DNA of 63,655 bases, the filler included, from Craspedostauros australis (taxonomy: Eukaryota): NCBI GenBank assembly GCA_030167865.1. It is 14 parts of 14 records of this genome, joined end to end, with 100 filler letters (N's around TTAATTAATTAA, not from the genome) between each part and the next. Parts side by side here need not be neighbours in the genome. Positions count along the whole stretch, not along the records: positions 1 to 26,378 come from JALAGF010005733.1; 13 more parts are not named here. The stretch is one strand, 5' to 3'. The notes under the pieces were generated by a model. That model was not told the DNA's origin and ran no database searches. It saw nothing but the letters and a program-made list of their open reading frames with translations. Below, piece by piece: positions 11,988-24,225 of this stretch. The position numbers and the translations under genes are program-made. Positions within the stretch are counted from its first letter, which is position 1, and each line of letters starts with the position of its first letter.

Positions 11988-14900
11988 ATGGAATACGCGG
12001 ACCACACTAGCACATTCCACGATCATGCCACGCTGCCGTTGCGTGATTCATCGGAGCGAACAGTAAATGCTGAGCTGGACGCAGAAGAGCAGATGGAGAT
12101 GACGCCGGCACCTCGCAGGACCAACGCAAGAGAGGATGGGCAAAGACCAAGCCTTGACGTCGCGGAATCGAATGCCAGGACGCGGCGCGAACAGCAGTGG
12201 GGACAGCGACACACCTGCTTGGAAGGCGGCAGCGCAAGCGTGAAGCTCTGTCTTTTGCTGACGCTCATTTCTTGCTTCGATTTCATCCCCTTTCACGAAG
12301 TGCAAGCAGCGGAGGTGTACTCGGTTGGCAGACAGAATGAGCACAACGTCGATGACAGCAGTCGGCATGCCGATTCCACGCTACCAGCGCAACTGCAATC
12401 GCATGAGTGGGCGCAAGAAGCTCAAACGTCCACGCATAGGAGTGCTGCGAACGAAGAGACTGTCGCAGCAAAACATGAAACCAATGCTGCTAACAAAGAT
12501 GACTTGAGCAACGTGGGTCAAGCAAGTACAGGCTTGCGCCTCTCCGATGGAATGGAGTATGCGACAGCCAACGATGGCCACGTGGCGCTGGATCGAAAGA
12601 GGGAGGACACCTCACAACATCAGCACGACATGTTCCATAAACCATGGAATCTGAACCATCGCAAGGCAGCCTTCCGTCTCGATCTCCGTCGGGTTGCCGG
12701 GGCGGTTGCCTCGACGGTGTACGATGGCGCAAGCGGCAAACCTGAAAGCATCGCAACGCAGCATGTCAACTTGCATGAAGAAACCAATGATCTTGATGAT
12801 CGTGGCGATGATATTCTCAATGATGACGACATTGGCCAGAACAACGACCATGACAAAACTTCCCGAGAATCGCTTGGAGGTCCGAGCACTCGCACAGACA
12901 CTCATTTGTACGAGGAACCTCGCATCGGGATGGTCTTGCAGGTTTACAGCAATGATGACCGATTCGGCAATGTCGATGGAAATTCAGTCGATGACGATAT
13001 CACTCGGGAAACGGACGCAAGCGCTCTACATCTACCTTCATGTGATTCGGATATGGCAAGCACTGGCACCTCTCTCGTAGGCGTTGGCGATCACGATGAA
13101 GTTCCCACCCAAGCGAACAAGATTGACGAAACTGCTCAGTCGAGGACGTGTCGATTTGATGATGTGTCCAACTACAGCCAGGATGTCCGACCCGTGCGCA
13201 GGTATCGCTCTGAAACAATCAAGACGAGTCTACATAGCGGAAATGGAGATGAAGAAAAGGCATTGGTCGCAAGCTACGAGTTGGTGGAGCCACTCCATAC
13301 GCAGCTGGGAATCGTGCCGCAGCATGCAAATGACTTTGCATACACCCCCGTGGTTGTGTCCGCGCTGGGGTCATCTGAGGGAACGCCATTTCCAGAAGAA
13401 CCATCCCAATTTCATGGAACGCAATCATCTGGCGCGAACAGACCTGATCCGTCCACCGGCGAGACCGTACATGATACCCATCAACACACACCAATTGCGG
13501 CAGCCTCACCAATATCATCACTGCCGTCATTGTCATCGTCATCGCGTTCTTCGTTTGGTTCACGTAATAATGCAGAAGGCGCGGCATCCAAGGCGGTGAC
13601 CAATGAAGGCCATTCGCAGAAAGCTTACGAATCAACGTGTCATTCGTCGTCATGGTGGCAATGGTGGTTTCCATTTACCGATTCGTGGTGGAAGCCAAAG
13701 ACGCAATCTCGCTACGATACAGAAGGTACGGCATTCGCTGGCGGATCGCACGGTGAAGTCTGGCGCGGGCGTCGCCAGTGTTTCCCAAAGGTCCAAGGCA
13801 ACAGCGGCAACGAAAGCAATGGCAACGGCAATGGTCACAGCAGTGGTAGCGAGGGCAGCAAAAAGAGCAATGAACAAGCCCATGATCTTCCTCATCCTTT
13901 CTATCAACGTCATCACCAGCAAAAGGGTAAACAACACAAGCAGAGGACAAGCGCGAATTCTGACAAACTGTCGGATTCTGGTGGTCCAGACTCAAGGCGG
14001 AATACGGAGAACGAAGCCAAACCGTGTGACGATACGAAGACGCTGATATTGAAGCGTCTGAAGGTGGAGCAGGGGTATCGGTTGCTCGAGGCTGGTCTGA
14101 GAGAGGTATACTTTGGCAACTACCTCATGGACGCACAGCCGGAGCAATTCACGAAATACGTGGATCACTTCTTTCGCGAAGCACCTCGTCGGACATTCGG
14201 CGGACGAAGAGCTGCCTACGGATTGGGAGAGGACGATTTGGAACTGTGGATAGTGTTCGAGGATGCGGGGCCATCACTTCGGTCCTACCTCTACGCGCCC
14301 ATTCAGTCCGAAAGCGGATTCCTCGTGTTCCAACACAGCCCGCTGTGGACCAAGTTGCGTCTATCCAGCACAACTAAACATCACAAAGCAAACAGCGCCG
14401 TTCACAGCTCCCACAATGCACGCAACGGTGATGACAGAGTGGAGGACGAGTCAGACGATGAGTATTCCAGTCAATCACATCAAGAACAACAATTTTCCGA
14501 TCTGGGGAAGAAGATGATGAGACAGGTTCTGCATCAGATCATGTCAGCCGCTGCCTTCTTGCACAGTCATGGCATCGTACATAGGGACATCAAGCCATCG
14601 AACGTGATGTGCAAGAGCAGTACGAAGCTGGGCGGCCAGACGTTGCAAGATCTGGAGGAGTTCTATCCCAACCTCGTGTGCGTTCTCGGTGACTTCTCAA
14701 GTTCATGGAACAACTTCACATCCGAAACACTGTACACGAACGGTCCAAGCCCGGCAGAACAGACCGATGAGTATGCCCCTCCGGAGGCATTTCTTGGATC
14801 GGAATGGGTGCCGTTCCATCGGGCCAAGCCGCAGAGCTACGACTCGTGGAGCATAGGGGTGCTGGCGTTGGAGATGCTGCTTGGTACCCCGAACGTCTTC

Positions 14901-16760
14901 TCCGTCGATCAACGCACGACGGCGTTGGTGACCGCAAGGATGCAGAGGGAGGGCGCCACCGAAGAGGAGATTCACAGGGCGCTCTACCTGGCAGCGCTTT
15001 CCAACTTTTGCATCTTCACGCCATCCACAACCGCCGATACATCATCCCAACACAGCGACAACTCCAATAAACAGACCAGCTGGCCGCTGCGCAGAGGCGA
15101 CCCGTTCCACAACGCGTCCATGTCCCGCAAATCGTGCACGATGCATGATTTTCATCGTGCCTTGCGTGCTCGAGACCCGCTCGGGATTGGCTTCGATTCA
15201 TCCGCAGACCTCCTACTGCACCTCATCTGGCAGCTGCTGGCATGGGATCCGATGGACCGCATCACGGCCGAGGACGCCCTCCTGCATCCGTTCTTCGCCG
15301 AAGCCGACAGCGCCGAGCCTCTGATCGATCTCGTCCCTGGATGGCACAACGCAATCGAGTCTCAGATGCTCGATCCGAGGATGGATTTCAACGTTGACGA
15401 CACGATCCATGAATTCCGATGCCCCAAGTGCGGTCGCAAATTCGAGGACTGGAGATCGTGCCAGAGACATGCGAGAACGCGTCGGCACGCAAAGTTCTGC
15501 ACGTACGACAAGTCCACATTGCCGACCTGCATCAACACCCATTCGATGCTGCCGGCGCACCCCACATCGGGGTACTGCGACCTGCAGGGACGTCGTCGTA
15601 CGATCGAAGACTTTCATGCCATCCACTTGGGCGATGACTTGCAATTCTACGGCATCTTCGATGGCCACCTGGGCAATCTGGCATCGAAATTCGTGTCTTC
15701 GACCATGTACGATCAGCTCCGCGATGGTCTCACCGTCTTGCAGAGAATGAACGATGATGGACACGTTCATGGGGGGATGCCTTCGCAAGACAACGATGGT
15801 GATGACAATAGCAGCAACAATGGCAGCAGTGACGGTAGCATCGACGATGGGTGGAAGGAGCAGATTGCCTCCGAAACGAAGACCGTCTTCGCGGATGTCC
15901 ACGAACGATTCCTGGAAACGTTGACGCAGCAGAATCGTTCCGCCTCGCACCACGATCTGATGAATCAGAGCGGCACCACAGCGACGACGTTGCTGGTGAC
16001 CAGCGACCTCGTCCTCATCGCCAGCATCGGCGATTCTCGTGCTGTCATGGCATCGTACGAGCACGGAGATCGATCGGAGTCAACCAGCAAAGGGCAACAC
16101 AGTCTCACCGCCATCCAACTCACGAAGGATCACACTGCCGCAGATCCGGAAGAGCGTGAGCAGGTGGAGGCACGCGGAGGCTTCATCTCCGGCAAATCCA
16201 GCGGCGATTCCGGCATCCCGCGCGTCAATGGCATTCTGGCGATCACCCGGTCGATTGGCGACAGGGCGTTGGAGCAGTATCTAAGTCGTGAGCCGCAGGT
16301 CATATCCATGACGAAAGAGGAAATGAGGCAGCGGTGCGGGAGAGGCGATGAAGGCTATGGATTATCATCAACGCCACCGCCTCAAGACTTCGAAAGATCA
16401 CACGATACAAGCGACTCCGACGGCACCAACAGCACCACCAGCAGTAGTACGGACAGCAGTAGCACTGGCAGCAGAGACATCCTATCACCGTGCTTCGTGA
16501 TTCTGGCATCGGACGGACTGTGGGATGTCATGACGAATCAAGATGCCGTGGACATGGTGCACGAGATCATCTCGACATCTTTGCAGGAACCACCGCAACG
16601 CAAAGATAAAAACGTCGGAGAAGAAGGAGCAAGCACCGTGATATCTATCGACTGGGATAACACGAGCATCTTTCAGGATGCGGCCGAAGCACTCGCTTTG
16701 GAGGCGTACGTCCGCGGCTCATCTGACAACATCGGCGTTTGTGTAGTTGCCATACCATGA
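11988..16760 (+). CDS. Ser/Thr protein kinase - C2H2 zinc finger - PP2C (PPM) phosphatase fusion protein, 1590 aa
   Basis: Single uninterrupted ORF. Kinase: FAGGSHGEVW, LILKRL, HRDIKPSN, GDFS, YAPPE, DSWSIG, RITAEDALLHPFF. C2H2: CPKCGRKFEDWRSCQRHARTRRH. PP2C: GRRRTIEDFH, FDGHLG, SGTTA, IGDSRAV, LTKDH, LAITRSIGD, LASDGLWDV, GSSDNI. Confidence 0.92.
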   Translation: MEYADHTSTFHDHATLPLRDSSERTVNAELDAEEQMEMTPAPRRTNAREDGQRPSLDVAESNARTRREQQWGQRHTCLEGGSASVKLCLLLTLISCFDFIPFHEVQAAEVYSVGRQNEHNVDDSSRHADSTLPAQLQSHEWAQEAQTSTHRSAANEETVAAKHETNAANKDDLSNVGQASTGLRLSDGMEYATANDGHVALDRKREDTSQHQHDMFHKPWNLNHRKAAFRLDLRRVAGAVASTVYDGASGKPESIATQHVNLHEETNDLDDRGDDILNDDDIGQNNDHDKTSRESLGGPSTRTDTHLYEEPRIGMVLQVYSNDDRFGNVDGNSVDDDITRETDASALHLPSCDSDMASTGTSLVGVGDHDEVPTQANKIDETAQSRTCRFDDVSNYSQDVRPVRRYRSETIKTSLHSGNGDEEKALVASYELVEPLHTQLGIVPQHANDFAYTPVVVSALGSSEGTPFPEEPSQFHGTQSSGANRPDPSTGETVHDTHQHTPIAAASPISSLPSLSSSSRSSFGSRNNAEGAASKAVTNEGHSQKAYESTCHSSSWWQWWFPFTDSWWKPKTQSRYDTEGTAFAGGSHGEVWRGRRQCFPKVQGNSGNESNGNGNGHSSGSEGSKKSNEQAHDLPHPFYQRHHQQKGKQHKQRTSANSDKLSDSGGPDSRRNTENEAKPCDDTKTLILKRLKVEQGYRLLEAGLREVYFGNYLMDAQPEQFTKYVDHFFREAPRRTFGGRRAAYGLGEDDLELWIVFEDAGPSLRSYLYAPIQSESGFLVFQHSPLWTKLRLSSTTKHHKANSAVHSSHNARNGDDRVEDESDDEYSSQSHQEQQFSDLGKKMMRQVLHQIMSAAAFLHSHGIVHRDIKPSNVMCKSSTKLGGQTLQDLEEFYPNLVCVLGDFSSSWNNFTSETLYTNGPSPAEQTDEYAPPEAFLGSEWVPFHRAKPQSYDSWSIGVLALEMLLGTPNVFSVDQRTTALVTARMQREGATEEEIHRALYLAALSNFCIFTPSTTADTSSQHSDNSNKQTSWPLRRGDPFHNASMSRKSCTMHDFHRALRARDPLGIGFDSSADLLLHLIWQLLAWDPMDRITAEDALLHPFFAEADSAEPLIDLVPGWHNAIESQMLDPRMDFNVDDTIHEFRCPKCGRKFEDWRSCQRHARTRRHAKFCTYDKSTLPTCINTHSMLPAHPTSGYCDLQGRRRTIEDFHAIHLGDDLQFYGIFDGHLGNLASKFVSSTMYDQLRDGLTVLQRMNDDGHVHGGMPSQDNDGDDNSSNNGSSDGSIDDGWKEQIASETKTVFADVHERFLETLTQQNRSASHHDLMNQSGTTATTLLVTSDLVLIASIGDSRAVMASYEHGDRSESTSKGQHSLTAIQLTKDHTAADPEEREQVEARGGFISGKSSGDSGIPRVNGILAITRSIGDRALEQYLSREPQVISMTKEEMRQRCGRGDEGYGLSSTPPPQDFERSHDTSDSDGTNSTTSSSTDSSSTGSRDILSPCFVILASDGLWDVMTNQDAVDMVHEIISTSLQEPPQRKDKNVGEEGASTVISIDWDNTSIFQDAAEALALEAYVRGSSDNIGVCVVAIP

Positions 16761-17063
16761 GCGTAGGTCCAATGCGGTTGCAGCGAACAAGCGACTTTCA
16801 AGTCAGGATTGATCAGTGTCGGACGTCATCATACCAACGGTACCAACTCCTCCGCTCCACTTGTGCTGCCTACTCTGCCACGTGATGCACCACACGACAA
16901 CGTTTAGTATTATTCAAAATCATTCTCTATTCTTCTCTTTCGTTATATGTCGTATTTTGTGAGTACTATTGGTATGTACTGGTATGGATAGTAATCTCCC
17001 TTTTTCGTATTCTCCCTCGTCATCTCTTCCGCAGACAGGCAGGCTGTGCAGGTCCCTGCTGCT

Positions 17064-18437
17064 CTACAGCACCTTCTGTTGCCGTTGTTGCATTGCAATC
17101 AGAACATCGGGTTTGTTGACGCACAGCTGCTGGACCCCCGTGCGGATCACCGCGTCGTAACAGCTCTCATCTTCATTGCCGATATCGAGGTAGGTGTGGG
17201 TGGTCTCGTGGTCCATGCCGATCGGCCCGCAGAACCATGCCATGGAGCCCATTCCCAATGCGTGGATCGACGCGATGCGTTCCGGTGTGCACATGTCGTA
17301 CTTGAGATGCACTTCGTCAGCGCCAATGTCCATAGCCTGCTTGAGGAAGTCGAAGGGAACCTCATCAAACAAGGCGCCGGTGGCGTAGACGTGCTTGCCG
17401 GTGTGCACATCACGTTGCGGCCGCAGTCGTCGCAGTTCCGCCAATCGAGGCAGGTCGAAGCTGGAGAATGAACACTGTGGCACCATGTCGTACTTTTCCA
17501 CCAAGTCGAGGGTGGGCTGCACCGTGCCCGGTCCCTTCAGCTCGATCTTGAGGTGGAGTCCGGACTGCTTGGCGTCCATCAGCACCTCGTCGAGTTTGGG
17601 GATCTTGCCGTTCCGTATCTTGTCGCCGGGACATGGGAATTCCGCGTACTCCGTGTTGAAGGTGAGATCCTGCGTGTCTTCGAACTTGGTGCGGTCCAGA
17701 ATGCTGCCTTTGACGTTGCAGTACTCCAGCAGACCGCCCGGCATGCTGTCGCTGCCGGATCCGTGAAAGACGATGACGCTGCCGTCACCTTCCAGGTAGA
17801 ACACGTCCAGCTCCACAGCGTCACATCCAATTCGGGCGCAGTGCTGGAAGCCTTCTCGCGTGTTCTCGAGCTCGTCGTAAACGGCGCCGCGGTGGCCCAC
17901 GACTTGCGGGCGTTGCGCGGCGGCGTTGACGCGGTTGCCGTTGCTGTCAGTGAGTTGCTGCAGGATGGAAAGATGAAAGGGAAGTTGTTGTTGATGATCA
18001 CGATCGATATAATAGTTCGCGTGAGTGGGCGAGTCATTGCGTTGAATACGGGTAGATGGGGCATTGATCACGTACGGTACGGTGTAATAGTTGCTCGTGC
18101 ACGAATCATAGTACGACTTGATTCCGGTAGATTCGAGACGTTGTTTCTCTCTTCTATTTGTCCACGTCCCACTTCATGGAGCGCAATGCACGTCACAAGG
18201 CACCATTTGCAAAACCTGTTGTGCACTTACCAACGCTCTGACCAAGGACTTGCTCGAATCTTCCGTGGACCGCTCCAACACAGCGTCGGGGAACAACTCG
18301 GAGGCCACGTTCACGGCCATGTGGACGTCCCGTGTATCGCCGGCTCCCATTTTGGGCAGCGGCGCGAATGCAGCAAGCGTGGCGTGTGGTGCCATGAATG
18401 CTGCTGTGCGTGTGGCGACGGCGACTCCGGAATTCAT
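17064..18437 (-). CDS. Glycerophosphodiester phosphodiesterase (GDPD family); exons 18437-18231 and 17957-17064
   Basis: VVGHRG..ENT..F, VELDV, IPKLDEVL, IELK, FSSF motifs. A TTG|GTAAGT donor at 18230 and a CAG acceptor at 17958 give an in-frame join with an upstream exon starting MNSGVAVATR. Confidence 0.88.
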
Positions 18438-20319
18438 TGTGATCGTTTTTCTTTTGCGTTTGCGTTGTCGTTTGCTGGTTGCTGTCCGTTCGGGTGTGGT
18501 TGAGTTTGGTGGTGAATTGTGGACGTCAAGAGGGAGGCATCGATGATTGTGCTGACTCTTGTGTTGATGGTTGTGCTCACCTTTGTGATCATAGACGTGC
18601 TTTTCGATGGAAGTCAACAACGATGATCACGTGACGTTGATACGGTGTTGTCAGCGACAGCCATGCTACGTTCAGATTCCTGTTGTGCCTGTTCGATTTG
18701 GTTGTGTATTTTCGCGAATCTCTGTCCGAACGTGTGACGGTAGTTTTGCCTCTCTCTGGCGATTCTCCAGCAACCACCAGATTCCTGAAGAGATTCCTCT
18801 GTTGACACTTGTCCTGTCACCATCAACGTCGTTTGAGACACAAGTCATCGACGACGACGTTTGTTGCACTCTACGCACGACTGAGTTCAACGCGGTGACA
18901 ACACGTTGACACTGACCAATCACGAATCAATCTTCAACTCCAGGATTCCTTTCTCATTCTTTGCGTCTGCAAGTCGGACGTGTGGCGAACCGTAACAGAC
19001 GTTCATCGTTCCATGTCAGTCATCGCGCGACCAAGCGGCACGAGATGCGACCGCGAGAGAATGCAAAGAGATTCATCCTTTTGTGGAAAGCGTTGAATCT
19101 TTGCACCTCGCAACAGTGCTGACGCTGATTGCTGACACAATACTCGTGGAGGTCCCCGCGCGATTCTGTTGCCAACCTGGATGCTGTCAACCTTCCCTGT
19201 GCGCCAATGGAAGTTGTGCGAGGAAAGAGAGAGAGTATCTGCGTGGTTGATCACCATCGCAACGATTTCGCGCCATTTTCGGAACAATTGCAAACCTGGG
19301 ACGTTGCTGTTCTTGTAGATCAAATGAGCACCTGCACAGAAGCAATGGCTGTGCCTCTTGCTGATCCAATTTACGCAATGCCTGTCTGCTTGGTATTATA
19401 CTTCGTTGCTTGTGCGCAGCCACGACAGAGGCTGTGGCAAAGTCGTTCAATGGGGCTTCAAGTGGGGGTATCAGCGATGTTCCTTGATTGTTGTGCTTGA
19501 GAGAAGCTCCTGTCCATCAAGTGCTGGCACAGTGGAACATGTACTCCACATCATCTGCATTCATCTGAAATGAGGTGAGGCGAGGTCAGGCGAGACGAAC
19601 TGGCGTGTTCTGCTCGTGTCGTCGTTGCCGTTGTTCTGGCTTGGAGTCGACGCAGAAAGAAAGGCAGTGGTGCACTTCTTCAGAGAATCTGAATAGTGCA
19701 ACCAACCAATCCTGTCTTGTTGGTGTCTGCCTTCGTCTCATCTGCCATGATGTCGATCCTGATGACGAGCATGCACCGCAATTGTTTTCTTGCGTGGTTG
19801 TACGTCCGTTGAACATGATCCGATTATAGAAATCATGGTCAGACGAAGTCCATGAATCTTGCTCATTTGACGCCTCTTTTGGACGTTGTCGGGCAGCTGG
19901 GCCTTTTATGTCGCCATCGGTCCAGATGGAGCCGGTTTTGGTGCTGTCAATGTTTTGTGTCAACACGGCATGGACACAAGGGAGCTGTCTTTCGTATCCG
20001 TGTTCCTGCAACCGATGAAACCGCAACATGCGTGTATGTGTGTGTGTACAAGAGTGAAGGCTGGGAGTGTGTTGAGGGAGCTGTCGGATGCGACCAACAA
20101 TTCTTGTCTTCGCGGAAGTGTCATGTTGCGAACGAAACATGACTCATTCGACTACATGACACACATCACCAAATCCAATCTTCGCAAAAAGCACCACCAT
20201 CGTCATCATCGTCTGCTCCGCCATCTTCAACACACAACATCACACCTGACGCGGCATCCCCATCCACAGCTACAACCAATCCATTGCTCGACTCTCAAGA
20301 GAGATCTTCTTCCGATGCG

Positions 20320-20850
20320 ATGATGTCCACAAGACGATTCCTGCTGCGCCACGCCGTGCCTGCCCTGCATCGCCAGGCGGCGCGTCCGCTATCCGCATGC
20401 GCAACGCTGCGATTGACGCACAGCCTCAACAGTTCACCACTTGTGCGTAAACAGGACAGCATCGCTGTGACTCGTATTGCTGCACCGCCGCGCCGCCACT
20501 TCTCCTTCGACAACGAAAGCCACTACCACACGATTGCAGACGCCACGTTGGAAGACCTGCAGGACGCCGTCGAGGAGGCGCTGGAGGATGCCGGCATTGC
20601 CGAATTCGAGATCACGTTGGCCAGCGGCGTCCTGACCATGGTGCTTCCGCCGCACGGCACGTGGGTCCTCAACAAGCAGACGCCGAATCAGCAACTGTGG
20701 TGGTCGTCGCCGTTGTCGGGGCCACGGCGGTACGAGCATGATTTCGAGCGGTCGCAGTGGGTCTTTACGCGCGGCGACGTCAACACGTTGCGCGATGATT
20801 TGGCGGCCGAGATGCAGACGATTTATGGCGTGCAGATCTTTTCGGAATGA
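20320..20850 (+). CDS. FXN: Frataxin (CyaY family), mitochondrial
   Basis: YHTIADATLEDL..SGVLTM..GTWVLNKQTPNQQLWWSSPLSGPRRY signature; Arg-rich, acid-poor N-terminal transit peptide ending RRHFS. Confidence 0.95.
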   Translation: MMSTRRFLLRHAVPALHRQAARPLSACATLRLTHSLNSSPLVRKQDSIAVTRIAAPPRRHFSFDNESHYHTIADATLEDLQDAVEEALEDAGIAEFEITLASGVLTMVLPPHGTWVLNKQTPNQQLWWSSPLSGPRRYEHDFERSQWVFTRGDVNTLRDDLAAEMQTIYGVQIFSE

Positions 20851-21198
20851 ACGATTGGATCAATGGATGAATGGTGGCTGGTTGTTGGAAGAGACGCGAA
20901 GAGAGGGGAAGTGGTGGCATGATACTCTTTCGGTTGGCTGGCGTGGGAAGATCTCCCTACTTCATCGCAATGCACATACACGTAGAATAACTGAACGCCA
21001 TCACAAACCACAACGAGCATTGAATTGCATTACGACATGATATTTTTGCACACTTGCCGAACGCAAAAATGAGTAGAGTACTCAAATCCTACATCGTTCA
21101 TTACGAAGCTAACAATGAATGCGATTGAGCGCAACTCGACTTCCGTCCACTGTCCATCATCCACCATCCAATCTGCGATACGATCTGCGATACAGTTC

Positions 21199-23209
21199 TT
21201 AGTTCGTCACCGTCTCTGGCTGATCGGGATAATCCTTCCACGGCTTCATGTTGTAGGCCGTTTTCCACTCATTCGGGATTTCCACAACCACTTCCTTGCC
21301 ATCCGCATCCTTCACGGGCTTGCCACACAGCTTGTGCACGAACTGCTCGGCCTCGAGGATCTTCTCCTTGTAGCCATCCGCGACGCCCTCCAGATCGTCG
21401 GAATAATCGACGCCGTCCGTCAGGGGCAGACCCGGTGTGAAGCTCCACTTCAGCGCGACCTCCTTCAGATTGTCCTCGGTCGATTTGGTGGTGTCCCACT
21501 TCGAAATATTGCCCTCCAACGTGCCGTACCGATTCTTGGCAAATTGCACCATTCCGAAAGCCTTGATCATGTTGTAACACCAGATGATTTGGTTGTGCTC
21601 CACGCCGTACTTTGATACGTTGCTCTTGGGCACGCCCTTGTAACAATTGGCCAGCCACTCCTTGCCCAGCGCGTCTTCCTTGGCCTTGTTCATGCGCGCC
21701 GTGATGGTCTTGATGTTGGCCAGGAAGGCTTCCGGTTGCGTCTGTTTGATATAGGACGCCACGGCCGGCTGATCCAGATCCACGGCGCGGGCGGCTCCGC
21801 ACACGAGCGTGTGGATGGCCGTGCCTTCCATCTGTTCGTGCTGCCACAGCCATCCGCAGCCGAAGGCCATGGGCTCCATCTCGGGCAACGCCAAGGCGCG
21901 CAGCTTGTTGCTGGGCTCGTAGACCTTGCCGCCCTTGTCGAACGCGCTGATGATGAAGATGCCCATGTCCCGCTCCTTGAGCAGGTGGAGGTTGTTGAGG
22001 TTGCCCTCGGATGGTCCAACACCGGTGGTCGTGTAGGAACCGAAGTAATGGTAATGAAAGTTGATGCAGTCGAAAGCATCCGTCTTGATGAACTTCCCGA
22101 TCAGATCTTCCGGACCGTGCGTGCTGAATCCGATGTTGAGAATCTTGCCGGCCTTCTTGTACTCTTGGATGACGTCCATGCAACACTCCTTGCCGTCATC
22201 CTTGCCACTGCCGAACACCATCTCGTAATGCTCCGGCACGTTCAGTCCATGAAAGCTGAAGATCTCGACGCGGTCGACCTTGAGGTTGCGGAACGAAGTC
22301 TCCAACATCCCGCGGAATTCCTTGGCATCGGCCCTGGGTGGGACCTTCGTCTGCAGGATGAGATCGTCGCGCTTGCAGTATCCGGTGAGGAAGAGCTGCT
22401 TCAATGCCGCTCCTAGCTGCAGTTCGGAGCAGCCGTATCCGCGTGCCGTTTCAATGTGGTACATGCCCAACGAGATGGCGTGCTTCAAGATGGAAACAAG
22501 ATTCTCCTGGCAGTCCGTGCCCACCTGATCCAGATTCTGGATCGACGGTCCCCACTTTTGCTGGAACCGCATGCATCCCAGCGACACGATGGGCATTTGG
22601 AGCTCGGTCTTGCCGTACCGAACTGTCGGAACCTATTGCCCGTGGTATTGACATGCATTGTACCATTGTGGTGAAGGTACAAACACGAGACGATGCCGAG
22701 TGAGAACCATTGCATGATGGTGTTTCGAATTGCTTTCAATTTCCACTCATGCACACGCAAGGACTACGCACACGGGCACATGTCAAGTAGGAACGCACCT
22801 TGACAACTCCGCTGCCCAACAAATCGCATTCGTTCTTGAGGACCGCCAGGCTCTTCTCCAGCTTGTCGTCATCATCCTTGGCCAGCTCCAGGAGGTTGCG
22901 CACGGCACGGCCGATCTTGACGAATCGATCATTGTTGGCAATCTTGATGTACTCTGGCGTCATGGCCTTGAACACGAAGTCCATGCCGATCTCGATGGCA
23001 TTGTCGTTGTCGGCGACGGCGGCCTTGGCCAGAGCTGTCAACGATTGATCGGGCATCGTGTTGGTCGGATTGGATGTTGTCGTAGATGTCGCTGATGGTG
23101 CTGATGATGCCGATGCTGATGCTGCTACTGTTATGAAGATTGTGAACAGCAGAGGAAGTTGGAGGAGTAGAACAAGAGGTCGACACTTGTGCGAGCACAA
23201 TCGAAGCAT
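21199..23209 (-). CDS. Aldo/keto reductase-family oxidoreductase; exons 23209-22799 and 22632-21199
   Basis: The AAG|GTGCGT donor (22798) and TAG acceptor (22633) restore VPTVRYGKTELQMPIVSLGCMRF. Also HIETARGYGCSE, LQTK, FSFHG, IGFSTHG. Hydrophobic N-terminal extension; alternative start at 23056 (MPDQSL). Confidence 0.85.
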
Positions 23210-23437
23210 GAAGCAGCGAGATCTTCGTTGGGGATCCGTTTGGTACGAGTAGTAGTACGACTATTGTGTGTCTCTGCCGACCTGGATCTGTTGTGATGGT
23301 CATCCGCCTTCTTCTGTCTTTCCTGGAGGTTCCTCGCAACTCACGCATTGGTTCGATGGCATCATCGTTGTTGGTTGGATCGACTTGGAGTTGATGGATC
23401 AGGACTGAGCCATTCAAGAATGAGATACGGTGCTTCC

Positions 23438-24225
23438 AAGCAGATTCGGACGTTATTACCGGTTATTTGAGCGTTAGACTGGGCACTTGCAGCTGAATCG
23501 TACGCAGCAGAGTAGAGACCACATGAGAGGTAANNNNNNNNNNNNNNNNNNNNNNNNNNNNNNNNNNNNNNNNNNNNNNNNNNNNNNNNCCAGTAGGAGA
23601 GTTTGGTTTATCACTGACTCGTCGCTCTTTCTGAGCAACAATAGAGGAACAGCCTGAAGAGGCTACGATAATACTGGAGCTGCGAAATCGCGTAGTATCC
23701 GCCATGGCCGGCACAGCCTGCGTAGTNNNNNNNNNNNNNNNNNNNNNNNNNNNNNNNNNNNNNNNNNNNNNNNNNNTGGTTCTAATGATGGATTATGGCC
23801 GAGGGTCTGTGTTTTTGCTTTGGACGACTTCCTTTTGTTGTTTGTTTTCTTTGTCGGTCTTTTGGATTCGGTTTCCGACTCGTTCGACTGCACTGTTGCT
23901 TCCGTGGCTCCAACAAAAACCACATCTGTCGAAGCAAGCAGATACGGACGTTATTACCGGTTATTTGAGCGTTAGACTGGGCACTTGCAGCTGAATCGTA
24001 CGCGGCAGAGTAGAGACCACATCAGAGGTAAATGGCTCGTGCCTTAAGCTCATAATCTGTTGTTTACTTCCAATTCCATGCCTTTTCCCAGTAGGAGAGT
24101 TTGGTTTATCACTGACTCGTCGCTCTTTCTGAGCAACAATAGAGGAACAGCCTGAAGAGGCTACGATAATACTGGAGCTGCNNNNNNNNGTAGTATCCGC
24201 CATGGCCGGCACAGCCTGCGTAGTG
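23438..24225. repeat. Imperfect direct duplication (~290 bp: 23438-23726 and 23935-24225) upstream of the copia gag
   Basis: Same sequence twice (AAGCAGATWCGGACGTTATTACCGG..CACAGCCTGCGTAGT) with at least 3 substitutions; both copies contain N gaps. Confidence 0.7.
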
